A stretch of DNA of 56,877 bases. Source: Phycisphaerae bacterium. GTDB taxonomy: Bacteria > Planctomycetota > Phycisphaerae > UBA1845. Under the pieces are notes generated by a model. It did not search any database, was not told where the DNA came from, and saw only the letters and a program-made list of their open reading frames with translations. Made by a program: the position numbers and the translations under genes. The stretch covers positions 1 to 56,877 of the forward strand of contig JBECKQ010000318.1 of NCBI GenBank assembly GCA_040235375.1, written 5' to 3'. Shown here one piece after another: positions 38,302 to 48,449 of the stretch (position 1 is the first letter of the stretch; each line of letters starts with the position of its first letter).

Positions 38302-38841
38302 TTACAGCGAGACGTTGAACGTCAGCGAGCCAATGATCACCGTCCCGTCCACCGGGGAGACGATGTCAACGCACAGGCTGAGTTGTCCCGAATTCAACAG
38401 GTCGATCGTTGCCTGCGAGAGGGTGACGGTCGGTGGATCCACCGATACCGGCACGTAGTTGCTGTCGAGGGCAACGGTGAACGGGCCGTACTGCTCGCCG
38501 GTGTCGCAGACCGTTGCGACCGAGTCAAAGTCGTCTACGCGGACGGTGATCTCCAGGGCGAGCTGGTCCTGAAGCACGGACGCCGTCTTCGCGCTCTGTG
38601 TGGGATTCACCGTAATGACGTCAGGGTCGAGGGCAATGGATCCGCCACCAATCTGGAGGCCGCCGGTGTCGAACGTGGTTTGGAAGCTCTTCTGCTCCGG
38701 CGTATTCGCCTGAACGCTGAATGTTGACGCGCTGCCGAGCCCGACATCGACGGGAATCGTAATGAGGCTTGGGCCGCAGCCGCCGCTCTGCCAACCCACC
38801 ACGGCGACCAGCGCCACGAGAGTCCATAGTTTCGCGCGCAT
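38302..38841 (-). CDS. putative lipoprotein, beta-rich
   Basis: SD CAGGAGG; signal MRAKLWTLVALVAVVGWQSGG-C. Confidence 0.7.
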   Translation of the reverse strand: MRAKLWTLVALVAVVGWQSGGCGPSLITIPVDVGLGSASTFSVQANTPEQKSFQTTFDTGGLQIGGGSIALDPDVITVNPTQSAKTASVLQDQLALEITVRVDDFDSVATVCDTGEQYGPFTVALDSNYVPVSVDPPTVTLSQATIDLLNSGQLSLCVDIVSPVDGTVIIGSLTFNVSL

Positions 38842-39029
38842 CGATTCGTCCTCCTGAGTTGCCTGGTTCTTCTCTTCCGCCGGCAAGTTGACCGCAAATT
38901 GCGCCGGCTCCGGCCCGATCTCTGCCCGACTTTCTACCGCCGGCCCAGGATCGGGGCAAGCGGTATCCTGGCCTGACCCAGTGACGAATCCCGGCATGCC
39001 AAGCTTGCCCCCGTCTCGGCCCGGAATGT

Positions 39030-39815
39030 CTACTTGAGCTCGATCGCTGTGCCGGGTGGCGGTCTGAAGCGATCCTGGGCGCTGCCGCCGTTGACCGAAA
39101 CCTCGAGCAGGCCGCTGCTGCCGACCAGCGCGATCGGTTCGCCGGGGGCTACGTCGGCGTACGTTTGCCGCACGGGTCCGACGGACGTTTCGGCCACGTA
39201 CACGTGCGCGTCCGGCCGCCAGCGGTAGATCGGTTTCAAGTCGTCCACGCCGATGTTCGTGATCAGGTTGCCGAAACCGTCGACGTGGATGATCTGTCCG
39301 AGAAGGCAGTGGTCATGCGTCACGACAGCGTGGGCGATTTTGAGCGCGTCCACCCGGTCCGTCAGCGGGCCGAACTCCTGCAGACGCCGGCCCGCGGCCA
39401 GGTGGGCGGCCGCGGGCGCCATTACGTCCCGCCCATGGAAGGTGCTGGACACCAGGGGCATCATCAGCCGCGGGTTTTCGAGCACGCGCACCTCCTCGGC
39501 CGGCAACTGCTGGTGCAGAAAGCTGATCAGCCCGTTGTCGGGGGCCACCACGAACTGCCCGCCGTACCGCCCGACAATGATCCGCCGGGCCGTGCCGACG
39601 CCCGGGTCAACGACGGCCAGGTGCACGGTACCGGGCGGAAACCACTTGGCCGTTTCACAAAGCACGAACGCTCCGTGCAGCACGTCGTGCCGGGGAATGT
39701 CATGCGTGACGTCCACGATCGTGGTTTTGGGCGCGATTTGAAGAATCACGCCCTTCATGGCGGCTGCGTAGTGATCGCGCCATCCGAAGTCGGTAATGAT
39801 CGTGACGATCGGCAT
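39030..39815 (-). CDS. SAM hydroxide adenosyltransferase / chlorinase-fluorinase family (DUF62)
   Basis: TDFG, VVDPGVGT.R, PDNG, STFHGRDV and DGFGNLITN motifs. Confidence 0.93.
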   Translation of the reverse strand: MPIVTIITDFGWRDHYAAAMKGVILQIAPKTTIVDVTHDIPRHDVLHGAFVLCETAKWFPPGTVHLAVVDPGVGTARRIIVGRYGGQFVVAPDNGLISFLHQQLPAEEVRVLENPRLMMPLVSSTFHGRDVMAPAAAHLAAGRRLQEFGPLTDRVDALKIAHAVVTHDHCLLGQIIHVDGFGNLITNIGVDDLKPIYRWRPDAHVYVAETSVGPVRQTYADVAPGEPIALVGSSGLLEVSVNGGSAQDRFRPPPGTAIELK

Positions 39816-39971
39816 CGTTGTTCTTTCCCTGTTCACCCACGGCGGCGAGGTCGACGCCGACACATTGCCGCGTTAGGCTTATTCAGGCAGTCGGAGGCAC
39901 CTCGCGACTGCTACGACGGTGGTGATTCGAACACAACTGCGCAAGCCGTTCAAGGGCTCTTGGAGACCGCC

Positions 39972-40652
39972 GTGTCCGAAGGCGAAACGACAACGGACGA
40001 CGCCTGGCGCCGCGCGCGCGACCGCGAGCAGATGATCGAATCGCAAATCGCCGCTCGGGGCGTGCGCGACCCGTCCGTTCTGGATGCCGTTCGGGCCGTT
40101 CCGCGAGAGTTGTTCGTGCCCGAGGCGTACCACAACGAAGCCTACGAAGATCGGGCCCTGCCGATCGGCCCAAACCAGACGATTTCTCAGCCTTACATCG
40201 TCGCCTACATGACGTATCAGCTCGAGGTCCGCCCCAGCGACACGATTCTGGAAGTGGGCACGGGAACCGGCTACCAGGCGGCCATTCTGGCGCGCCTGGC
40301 CTCGATCGTGCACACGATCGAGCTTGACGTCAGGCTGTCCGCCATGGCGAAAACGCGGCTCGAGGCCCTCGGTGCCCGGAACGTGCACTTTCACGTCGGC
40401 GACGGGACGCTCGGCTATCCGCCCGCGGCGCCGTACGACCGGATCATGGTCACGGCCGGCTGCCCTTCGGTGCCTCCCGCTCTGTTCGAGCAACTCGCCC
40501 GTGACGGCATTATGGTCGTGCCGGTCGGCGAAAACGAAACGCAGACCCTGCTGCGGATCGCCAGGCGGCCGAACGGCATGGTGGAAACACCGCTGATCGC
40601 GTGCCGTTTTGTGCGACTGACAGGGGCGCAGGGGTGGCCCGACCGGCCCTAG
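39972..40652 (+). CDS. pcm: protein-L-isoaspartate O-methyltransferase
   Basis: QTISQPYIVA, LEVGTGTGYQAA, GDG, APYDRI.VTA and RFV.L.G motifs. Confidence 0.95.
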   Translation: MSEGETTTDDAWRRARDREQMIESQIAARGVRDPSVLDAVRAVPRELFVPEAYHNEAYEDRALPIGPNQTISQPYIVAYMTYQLEVRPSDTILEVGTGTGYQAAILARLASIVHTIELDVRLSAMAKTRLEALGARNVHFHVGDGTLGYPPAAPYDRIMVTAGCPSVPPALFEQLARDGIMVVPVGENETQTLLRIARRPNGMVETPLIACRFVRLTGAQGWPDRP

Positions 40653-40711
40653 TGCTGCTCGGTGGGAGGATCGCCGCCCGAAGCCGGGGCGGACGCGGGC
40701 GTGGGCTTACT

Positions 40712-40963
40712 TCACCTCACGGCGGCGGCCTGCATCAGCGTCTGCTCGATCTTCGCGGCGAGCGACTCGACGTTGATCGAGCCAGGCACGCATTCGCACG
40801 GAATGATGATGCGCGGCGCCGTCTTGCTTTCGCTCACCACAAACCGCTCCCCCACGACAACGCTGGTCAGCGAGATCTTGACGTTCAGGTTGCCGAACTC
40901 TTTCGTGGCGTTGCCGGCGAGCTTGTTCGCACCGGCATGGCCATCGGATGATTCGGCGGTCAA
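40712..40963 (-). CDS. small hypothetical protein
   Basis: GC3-biased codons in this frame (…EFGNLNVKISLTSVVVGERFVVS…); start uncertain. Confidence 0.4.
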   Translation of the reverse strand: MTAESSDGHAGANKLAGNATKEFGNLNVKISLTSVVVGERFVVSESKTAPRIIIPCECVPGSINVESLAAKIEQTLMQAAAVR

Positions 40964-41037
40964 CTCCAGCCGGAGTGGGCTACTTCCTTGGGCGAGTCGT
41001 CCGCTCCACAGAAGACCCGGATCTGTCGGTCGCAGGT

Positions 41038-41532
41038 TCAGTCCGACCGCGCGGCCCCGTGGTGCTGCGACCACGCGTCGCGACGCCGCACGGTGGGCTG
41101 GCCACATCGCGGGCAAAGGACGTCTCCGTTCGACGCGGTCCATTCGGAATCGGGATATCGGAACGATGTGATCTTCTCGGTGGACGCCTGCGGGTGCGAG
41201 CCGGCCACTGCCACGCGGACGATCCTGACCTGTGCGTCAAATGCGTGCCCGCAATGAGGGCACCGGTAGGGGAGCTGGATGTGGCACCGGCCATCGCACT
41301 GGCGGCATGGACGTGAGCCGTAGCGCCCCAGCTCAAAGAATCGGTGCTCAGGGTGTTTCTCGCAAACCCACAAGACGCGAACGGACTCCAACGTTCGCTG
41401 CGGCGCAACCGTCGCGGGCCTTTCGGCAAGCGACAGCCAGATGAGGACGGCAATGATGGCGCCACCCAGCGCAGACGCGATGCTTATCCTCCGGGTTCGA
41501 CGCTGCTCTTTGTCGAGCGGTATCTTGACCAT
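41038..41532 (-). CDS. membrane-anchored zinc-ribbon protein
   Basis: N-terminal TM; CEKH...H, CRQC, CPHC and CPRC motifs. Confidence 0.65.
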   Translation of the reverse strand: MVKIPLDKEQRRTRRISIASALGGAIIAVLIWLSLAERPATVAPQRTLESVRVLWVCEKHPEHRFFELGRYGSRPCRQCDGRCHIQLPYRCPHCGHAFDAQVRIVRVAVAGSHPQASTEKITSFRYPDSEWTASNGDVLCPRCGQPTVRRRDAWSQHHGAARSD

Positions 41533-41554
41533 TGAGGCGGGAGGGGCGAACCGG

Positions 41555-42397
41555 CTACGGGAACGTCAACCGCCCGGTCCACCAGAACGCGTTCGACTCC
41601 GCGAACGAATAGTGGGCCATCTCGAAGTCGAGGCAGAGTGAGCAGCCTCGGTTTGCACAATAGTCGTAGTAATCGCGGATCACGCGCCGCAGCGCCGGGT
41701 TCGTATCGACTTCCTTGATGTTGCCCAGCACCGTCAGCACGTTGATCTTGTCCCGATGCCGTCCGGTGAGCCACGGCGTGACCTGTTGAGGGGAGCCCGC
41801 GCAGTATTGATCGTCTACGGCGAGTCGACCGTAGTTACGCTGCGGTCCCGCGCCCGCTCCCAGCGACCCGCCTCCGGTTGGGACCGTCTGGTCCGGTCCC
41901 ATGTCGGCCAGGAGCATCGTGTCGGCCGGGTGCTTCGGCGAATACTGGGCGGTATTGGCCAGGCAGGCGTTGGGGCTGGACGCTATGAAGTCATTGAAGC
42001 CGTAGCTCGAGCTGTTCCCGATGTCCGCCCCGGGCGTGTTGAGCGTATTGCGGAAGACCGTTGCCCATGGGTCCTCCGGGCAGATCAGCGCTCCTTTGCC
42101 GGCCGGCTGATGAAGGAAAAGCGTCTGGGCCCAGGTTGTCCCCGTGTTCGATTTTTCCAATGGAACGATCGGGTAGCGCCCGTTGTTGTCCGTCTGGTAC
42201 ATGTCCAGCGAACGATACAGATCCTTGAGGTTCGACTTGCACACGGTGGACCGGGCTTGACGAACGGAGACGCGCACGCTCGGCAGCATCATCGCCAGCA
42301 GCAACGAGATGATTGCCGCCACGACCAGTAACTCGACCAGTGTGAACCCCTTAGGGTTGACCCGGCCCCGCCCGGCGCGCACACGCCGATCCCACAT
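41555..42397 (-). CDS. prepilin-type N-methylation domain protein (DUF1559 / H-X9-DG-like)
   Basis: KG-FTLVELLVVAAIISLLLAMMLPS, C..NL, ICPED, SSYGFN and GRH...N motifs. Confidence 0.85.
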   Translation of the reverse strand: MWDRRVRAGRGRVNPKGFTLVELLVVAAIISLLLAMMLPSVRVSVRQARSTVCKSNLKDLYRSLDMYQTDNNGRYPIVPLEKSNTGTTWAQTLFLHQPAGKGALICPEDPWATVFRNTLNTPGADIGNSSSYGFNDFIASSPNACLANTAQYSPKHPADTMLLADMGPDQTVPTGGGSLGAGAGPQRNYGRLAVDDQYCAGSPQQVTPWLTGRHRDKINVLTVLGNIKEVDTNPALRRVIRDYYDYCANRGCSLCLDFEMAHYSFAESNAFWWTGRLTFP

Positions 42398-42701
42398 GTC
42401 GGGGTGGACGTAGCACATCGTGTTCCGCATATAAATTACATCGAACGACAAACTCACGCAACAAAATACTGCTGCCCGAATTTTCTTTTATCAGCTGCGC
42501 GCCCCCACCACCTCAGCGCTCGATTGACCAGGGAACCCGGTTTCCCAACACTGACACCCGCAACACTGGCGGGCTCCTAGATGTACGTATTATGTTCGCA
42601 TCGACATGGTCCAACGCCGGTCGGCCCCGCTTTGCGCTCCCCCGCCGCCCACTATAATCCGCGACAGGAGAGGTCCCATCGTGAAACTCGGGCGACACTA
42701 A

Positions 42702-44513
42702 ATGGACAACCTGCGGCATCTGGTGAGCACCCGGCTGCTTCCGTGCGTTCAGACCCCTGGTCAGTACGTGGGCGGCGAAACGAACCAGCTCCCGAAGGCG
42801 GGCGACTGGGAGGTGGCCGACGTGCGCGTGGTCGTCGCCTTTCCCGACACCTACCAGATCGGGATGAGCCATCTCGGCTGCCAGATCATCTACTGGCTCT
42901 GCAACCACACGCCCGGCGTTACCGCCGAACGGGTCTACTCGCCATGGGTGGACGCCGAGCAGGTCATGCGTCGCGCGAAAATCCCCATGTTCACATGGGA
43001 CACGCGCCGCAAGGTTGCCGAGGCGGACATCCTGGCGATCTCGCTCCAGTACGAAATGGCCTACACGAACATCCTGACGATTCTCGATCTGGCCGGCATC
43101 CCGTTTCGTTCCGCCGATCGAGACGACTCCCACCCCCTGGTCATTGCCGGCGGGCCCCAGGCGGACAGTCCGGAACCCATGGCGGAATTTCTCGACGTGA
43201 TCGTGCTCGGGGACGGCGAGGAATCGATGTCGGCGATTCTGGCCGCCTACCGGGAGCTGAAAGCGGGTGGAGCCGGCCGACGGGAGATGCTCCGCCACCT
43301 CGCGACGCACTTTCCCTGGGCGTATGTCCCGTCGCTCTATAACGTCTCCTACAACACCGATGGCACCGTGGCGGCGGTCACGCCGCGCCACGACGACGTA
43401 CCCTCGCGGATCGTGCGCTGCCGGACGCCTGATCTCGAAGCCGCGCCGTTTCCCGTTCGTCCACTCGTGCCCAACGTGAGGGTTGTGCATGATCGCATCT
43501 CGATCGAGATCATGCGCGGCTGCCCCCAGCGCTGCCGTTTCTGCCACGCCGGTTACACGAAACGGCCGATCAGCCGGCGGACCGTGAACAACATCATTGA
43601 CGTCGCCGAGCAGGCCTACCGCGCAACCGGCAACGAGGAGATCGGTTTGCTGTCGCTGTCGACGGCCGACTATCCATACCTGCCGGAGCTGTCGCGCCGA
43701 ATTCAGGAGCGCTTCGCCGGGCGCAACGTGAGCGTCTCCGTGCCATCGGTGCGCGTGGACAAAATGCTCGCGCACATTCCATGGATGGTGAACAGCGTGC
43801 GCAAGAGCGGCCTGACCCTCGCCGTCGAGGCGGCCCGCGACGACATGCGCGCCGCGATCCGGAAAGTCGTGACCGACGGCAACCTCCTTGACGGCGTTCA
43901 GCAGGTTTACGCCGCGGGCTGGAAGAGCCTGAAGCTGTACTTCCTCACCGGCTTTCCCGGCGAGCGCCCCGAAGATATCGACGGCATTTTCGAGATCAGC
44001 CGGAAGGTATCGGAGGCGCGCGTTCCGGTCGCCGGCCATCCGGCGGCGGTGAATTCGTCGGTTGGATGGCTGGTGCCCAAGGCTCACACGCCGATGCAGT
44101 GGGCGGCACAGCCCCGCGCGGCGTATTTCCGAGAAGTCAAGGATCGTTTGCTTACTCTCAAGCGATCGCAACGCTGCGCCGTGCGCATCAGCACGCACGA
44201 CGTGAATCGCTCCATCCTCGAGGCGGTCTTCGCACGGGGCGATCGCCGGCTGGCCCCTGTTATCGAGGCGGCCTGGCGGGCAGGTGCCCGTTTCGACGGC
44301 TGGGATGAGCAATTTGCCCCAGGCCTCTGGCAGAAGGCCTTCGAGCGCGCCGGCATCGACCCCGACTGGTATGCGCACCGCGAACGCGGCTACGACGAGG
44401 TGCTGCCGTGGGGCCACCTCGCCGGCGGCAACTCGGACGCCTATCTCCGGCGGCAGTACGACGACGTCTTCGTGCACATCAACGTGGACCGGCCCGAGAT
44501 CGCGTCCGCCTGA
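42702..44513 (+). CDS. B12-binding-domain radical SAM protein (TIGR03960-like)
   Basis: P.QY.GGE, FPDTY.IGMSHLG, RGCPQRCRFC, PK.HTP.QW and GARFDGW.E motifs. Confidence 0.9.
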   Translation: MDNLRHLVSTRLLPCVQTPGQYVGGETNQLPKAGDWEVADVRVVVAFPDTYQIGMSHLGCQIIYWLCNHTPGVTAERVYSPWVDAEQVMRRAKIPMFTWDTRRKVAEADILAISLQYEMAYTNILTILDLAGIPFRSADRDDSHPLVIAGGPQADSPEPMAEFLDVIVLGDGEESMSAILAAYRELKAGGAGRREMLRHLATHFPWAYVPSLYNVSYNTDGTVAAVTPRHDDVPSRIVRCRTPDLEAAPFPVRPLVPNVRVVHDRISIEIMRGCPQRCRFCHAGYTKRPISRRTVNNIIDVAEQAYRATGNEEIGLLSLSTADYPYLPELSRRIQERFAGRNVSVSVPSVRVDKMLAHIPWMVNSVRKSGLTLAVEAARDDMRAAIRKVVTDGNLLDGVQQVYAAGWKSLKLYFLTGFPGERPEDIDGIFEISRKVSEARVPVAGHPAAVNSSVGWLVPKAHTPMQWAAQPRAAYFREVKDRLLTLKRSQRCAVRISTHDVNRSILEAVFARGDRRLAPVIEAAWRAGARFDGWDEQFAPGLWQKAFERAGIDPDWYAHRERGYDEVLPWGHLAGGNSDAYLRRQYDDVFVHINVDRPEIASA

Positions 44514-44624
44514 GCAACCGAGCGACGGTTGAGCAACGGCGGCCGGGAGGATACACTCACACCCGCCACGAGAGAACGGTCCCGAAAACGGCATGACCTC
44601 ACACCCTTTTGCGGGCTCTGGAAA

Positions 44625-45650
44625 ATGACAAAACGAATTGCCTTGTTGTCGTGCCTGCTGTTGACTGCTTGCGGATGTCATGACAAGCAGTTCACGGCGA
44701 CCATCGTCAACCCGCTCAATCTGGATCTGCCGTTCCTGCCGCACCGCGATCCGGTTCGAGTGGGGATTGTCGAATGGGGCTCGTACCATGCGGACATGGC
44801 GGCATGGCAGGCGAACTCGCCGTGGACGCCATTCCGCCAGCGATTGCAACTCGCACTGGGCGTACCGGTGCAGATCGTCGAGGTGACGCCGTTCCAGGCT
44901 GCCGCCCATCTTCGCACAGGGCAGATCGATCTGACGTACATTCCCGCCGGCGCATACGTCGAAATGTCCGAGGAGGATCGTGCTGCCGGCAAAGCGCTGG
45001 CAGTGACCCAGCCGTTGATTCGCCAGGGGTTGATTGTGGCCGACTCCCGCTCCGACATCGCGCGCCTGGAGGACATCAAGGGCAAGCGGTTCTCTTTCGG
45101 GCCGCAGGACGACCCGGTGCTGGATGTCGCCGCCAAGAAGGCGCTGCAGGATGCCGGCGTTTCGCTGGATGACGTCCAGCGGGAGCTGTTTCCGCTACCC
45201 GGCTCGTTCCAACATCACACAAGCTCGCGCGCGTCCGCTTACCAGATTGTCTACGCCCTCACGACGCAGGTCGGCGTGATCGACAAGTCGGACTACGACG
45301 AATGGCCGGACAAGGCCGGCAGCGCCCTGTTGCGGCGTTTCTCCAAGGAGGATGTCCGCGTGCTGGGCGAGACCGAACGAATCAACGTGGCCCGCATACC
45401 CCAGGGCGTCTTCGTGATCTCCGGCGCGGAGAAGCCGGCGATGGCCGCGCAGATATCTGATTTCCTTCTGTCCGCGGGGGGCAAAGAGGCGAACCTGCTT
45501 AGTGCCATAGGAGTGGCTCGCTTCGATCCGCCTCCTGAAGATCTGCCCGCTCAACTGCGGCAGATGGCGGCAACCGACAACGGTCTGTGGACGCGGGCCA
45601 CGGACCAGTCCGGCGGCGCGGGCGACGAAGCCTCGCCGCCGCCAGAGTGA
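44625..45650 (+). CDS. phosphate/phosphonate-type (PhnD-like) substrate-binding lipoprotein
   Basis: Signal peptide with Cys; GLIV...SDI..LEDIKGKRFSFG motif. Confidence 0.7.
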   Translation: MTKRIALLSCLLLTACGCHDKQFTATIVNPLNLDLPFLPHRDPVRVGIVEWGSYHADMAAWQANSPWTPFRQRLQLALGVPVQIVEVTPFQAAAHLRTGQIDLTYIPAGAYVEMSEEDRAAGKALAVTQPLIRQGLIVADSRSDIARLEDIKGKRFSFGPQDDPVLDVAAKKALQDAGVSLDDVQRELFPLPGSFQHHTSSRASAYQIVYALTTQVGVIDKSDYDEWPDKAGSALLRRFSKEDVRVLGETERINVARIPQGVFVISGAEKPAMAAQISDFLLSAGGKEANLLSAIGVARFDPPPEDLPAQLRQMAATDNGLWTRATDQSGGAGDEASPPPE

Positions 45651-45684
45651 TTTTCCAGTTCTTCTCGAGGGGTAAACGTCGCTC

Positions 45685-46851
45685 GTGACCAGTTTTCTTG
45701 TGCTCGGTGCAGGCCGGCAGGGAGCCGCTTGCGCGGCATTCCTGCTGGAGAACTTCACGGACACGCGTGTCGAGTTCGTTGATGCGGCGACAGACCGGCT
45801 CGACGCCGCGACCACGCTCCAGGCGGATTCGTCACGTGTCAGCACGCAGCTTCTGGGCGTGTCTCCCGTCACCGACGAGCTTCGCGCGATCATTGCCCGG
45901 GCGGACTGCGTGATCTCCAGCTTGCCGTTCTTTCTGAACGCGAGTTTGACGAAGGCGGCGATCGAGGCTCACCGGCCTTTCTGCGACCTCGGCGGCAACA
46001 TCGCCACCGCGCGCGCCCAACTCCACATGCACGCAGCCTGCCTCGAGGCGGGCGTGGCAATCATTCCGGACTGCGGTCTGGCGCCCGGTCTGATCAACGT
46101 TCTCGCCGAGTATTGGTCGAGCGAATGGGAGTACTCTGCCGTTCGCCTCTATTGCGGCGGCCTTCCTCAGAATCCGACGGGATCGCTGAAGTATCAATTG
46201 ACGTTCAGCGTTTACGGCCTGCTCAACGAATACCTCGAAGACTGCGAAGTCTCGCGCGGTGGAAAGCTGATGACCGTGCCCGGATTGAGTGGCCTCGAGC
46301 CGCTCGGCGATCTGGCCTTTCCCGGGGCGTTCGAGGCCTTCTCGACGAGCGGCGGGGCATCGCTCGGCCCGCAAGTCTACGCGCCGCGCGGCGTCGACTA
46401 CGAGTACAAGACCATTCGCTATCCCGGTCACTGCCGGATCATGCGGGCGATGCGGGAAATGGGTCTGTTCGATGAGACGCCGCGCCCCGTGTCGCTCGAC
46501 GGCCGGCGTGTCACACTCAGCCCGCGCGCCGTCGTCGGGCCGGTCATGGAAGCCTCGCTTCGCGCCGACGGCCGCGACCTCGTTGTGGCCCGCGTCAATG
46601 TCCGCGGCAGGATCGACGGCCAGCCCGCTGTCGGCCGGATCGACCTTCTCGATTACGCCGTCGATCGCTTCACGGCCATGGAGCGCACGACCGGCTTTGC
46701 CACCGGCGTCGTCGCCGCGGCGCTGGCCGGCCTCTACGACCGGAAGATCGAGCCCGGCGCCTATGTTCCCTTCCAGGTCATCGACCCCAAGCTCATGATC
46801 GCGGAGCTCGGCCGCGCCGGCATCTCGGGCATCTCCGTGCGGTTGGAGTAG
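45685..46851 (+). CDS. saccharopine dehydrogenase / lysine 6-dehydrogenase family oxidoreductase
   Basis: GAGRQG Rossmann motif, CDLGGN, DCGLAPG, GGLPQ.P, YKTIRYPGH and AMERTTGF motifs. Confidence 0.9.
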   Translation: MTSFLVLGAGRQGAACAAFLLENFTDTRVEFVDAATDRLDAATTLQADSSRVSTQLLGVSPVTDELRAIIARADCVISSLPFFLNASLTKAAIEAHRPFCDLGGNIATARAQLHMHAACLEAGVAIIPDCGLAPGLINVLAEYWSSEWEYSAVRLYCGGLPQNPTGSLKYQLTFSVYGLLNEYLEDCEVSRGGKLMTVPGLSGLEPLGDLAFPGAFEAFSTSGGASLGPQVYAPRGVDYEYKTIRYPGHCRIMRAMREMGLFDETPRPVSLDGRRVTLSPRAVVGPVMEASLRADGRDLVVARVNVRGRIDGQPAVGRIDLLDYAVDRFTAMERTTGFATGVVAAALAGLYDRKIEPGAYVPFQVIDPKLMIAELGRAGISGISVRLE

Positions 46852-46852
46852 T

Positions 46853-47521
46853 TCAGAGGCCGCCGTCGTGGCGGAAGCGTTCGAGCGGGCAGCCTTCGCA
46901 GACGGCCTGCCCGCGGCAATGCCGCTTCGCCAGCTCGACGAGAAGGGCGTGGCACTCGTTGTAGGTCTGCACGTCGGCCGGCAACGCCGCTTCGAAGAGC
47001 GCCTTCACATCGGCATAGAAGGCGACACCGTCGATGATGTAGTGCCGGCGCAGGACGCGCCGCGTGTACGCATCCACAACAAAGCTACGCCGCCCCCCGG
47101 CGTAGAGGAGTATCGCGTCCGCCGTCTCGGGGCCGATTCCCGGCAGGGCGAGCAGCTCGCGCCGGACTGCCGACAGATCGCCGGACAACGCGCGCGCCAG
47201 ATCGCCGTCGTGTCGATCCACGAGCCACTGCGCGAACGCCTGGAGACGTCGCGCCTTCACTCGGTATGTGCCCGCCGAGCGGATCATCTCGGCCAGCTTG
47301 TGCGTGTTCATGGCGGCGATGCGCCGCAAGTCGAGGCACCGCGAATTCTTCAGTGATGCAATCGCCTTTTCAACGTTGGTCCACGCGGTGTTCTGCGTCA
47401 GGATCGCGCCGACGACGACTTCCTGGGGCGAGTCCGCCGGCCACCAGTTCTGCGGACCGTACGCCGCGTGAAGCTCGTCGTAGAACGTGCGCAACAGATT
47501 CGTGACGTCTGTTTCGCTCAT
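46853..47521 (-). CDS. HhH-GPD base-excision DNA glycosylase (endonuclease III-related)
   Basis: WWP, GAILTQNT.W.NV, LPGIGPETAD.ILLYA and VVDAYTRR motifs. Confidence 0.9.
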   Translation of the reverse strand: MSETDVTNLLRTFYDELHAAYGPQNWWPADSPQEVVVGAILTQNTAWTNVEKAIASLKNSRCLDLRRIAAMNTHKLAEMIRSAGTYRVKARRLQAFAQWLVDRHDGDLARALSGDLSAVRRELLALPGIGPETADAILLYAGGRRSFVVDAYTRRVLRRHYIIDGVAFYADVKALFEAALPADVQTYNECHALLVELAKRHCRGQAVCEGCPLERFRHDGGL

Positions 47522-47582
47522 GAAGAATCGTCTCGACGAATCGCTTGCATGCCGGCTCGATCGTCGCCACCATATAACGGCG

Positions 47583-48356
47583 ATGGCGAACTCACGGAAG
47601 AGCAAGCCCAAGCCCGCGCGGAGCGCGGCGCCGTCGACCGCTCGTTCCCTGCTCGAGCTGCAGCCGGAGCGTCTCTTGAGCAAGCCGCTCGAGGCGCTCG
47701 TTTTCCTGCTGCCGCTGATTCTATTCTACGAGATCGGCTGCCTTTTCCTTCAACCTGCGGACGTGGGCGGGGCGTCACAGGACCGCGTGGTCGCGTTCCA
47801 CCTTCTTCAGCTGTTTTTCCGGTTGTTCGGCTCCACCGGCGTGTGGATGCCCGGGCTGGCCGTCATCGTGATACTCTTGTGCACGCACGTGGCGAGCCGG
47901 CAACCCTGGCGCATCCGGCAGCGGACCGTGGCCATCATGTATCTCGAGTCGGTGCTGCTGGCCGTCCCGCTGTTGATGTTCAACCAACTGTTGCGCTCGA
48001 CGACGGCGTGCGGGCCGGCGGAAGGCTCGGTTTGGGTCGATGTCGTGCTCGGCGTGGGGGCAGGCGTCTACGAGGAACTCGTCTTCCGCTTGATCTTCAT
48101 CTCCCTGATCGTGATCGTGGGGACCGATCTCCTGCGGTTGCCGAACTCCGTGACCCTCGGGTCGGCGGTGGTGCTGTCCTCTTTGGCGTTCGCCGCGCAC
48201 CATCATCCGCCGTTGGGCAGTGAACCGTTTTCGTTCGACATCTTTGCGTTCCGCGCGCTGGCCGGCGGCTACCTGGCGATTCTTTTTGTCTGCCGCGGCT
48301 ACGGCCCCGCGGCCGGCACGCACGCTGCTTACAACATCCTCGTCGCGCTGGCATAA
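47583..48356 (+). CDS. CPBP family intramembrane glutamic endopeptidase (CAAX type II)
   Basis: EELVFR (EExxxR), FAAHH (FxxxH) and HAAYN (HxxxN) motifs, multi-TM. Confidence 0.9.
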   Translation: MANSRKSKPKPARSAAPSTARSLLELQPERLLSKPLEALVFLLPLILFYEIGCLFLQPADVGGASQDRVVAFHLLQLFFRLFGSTGVWMPGLAVIVILLCTHVASRQPWRIRQRTVAIMYLESVLLAVPLLMFNQLLRSTTACGPAEGSVWVDVVLGVGAGVYEELVFRLIFISLIVIVGTDLLRLPNSVTLGSAVVLSSLAFAAHHHPPLGSEPFSFDIFAFRALAGGYLAILFVCRGYGPAAGTHAAYNILVALA

Positions 48357-48449
48357 CAGAGGTCTGACCTGTTTGACAGTGTCTCACGGCGTCGCTAGAA
48401 CCCGCGGCGGCGCTAGTCGAGTGGAAGGAAGGAGTGGTGGGCGGCGCGG

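Noticed and set aside
42513-44909. 798-aa minus-strand ORF
   Set aside because: Antisense to the radical SAM gene, with no recognisable domain.
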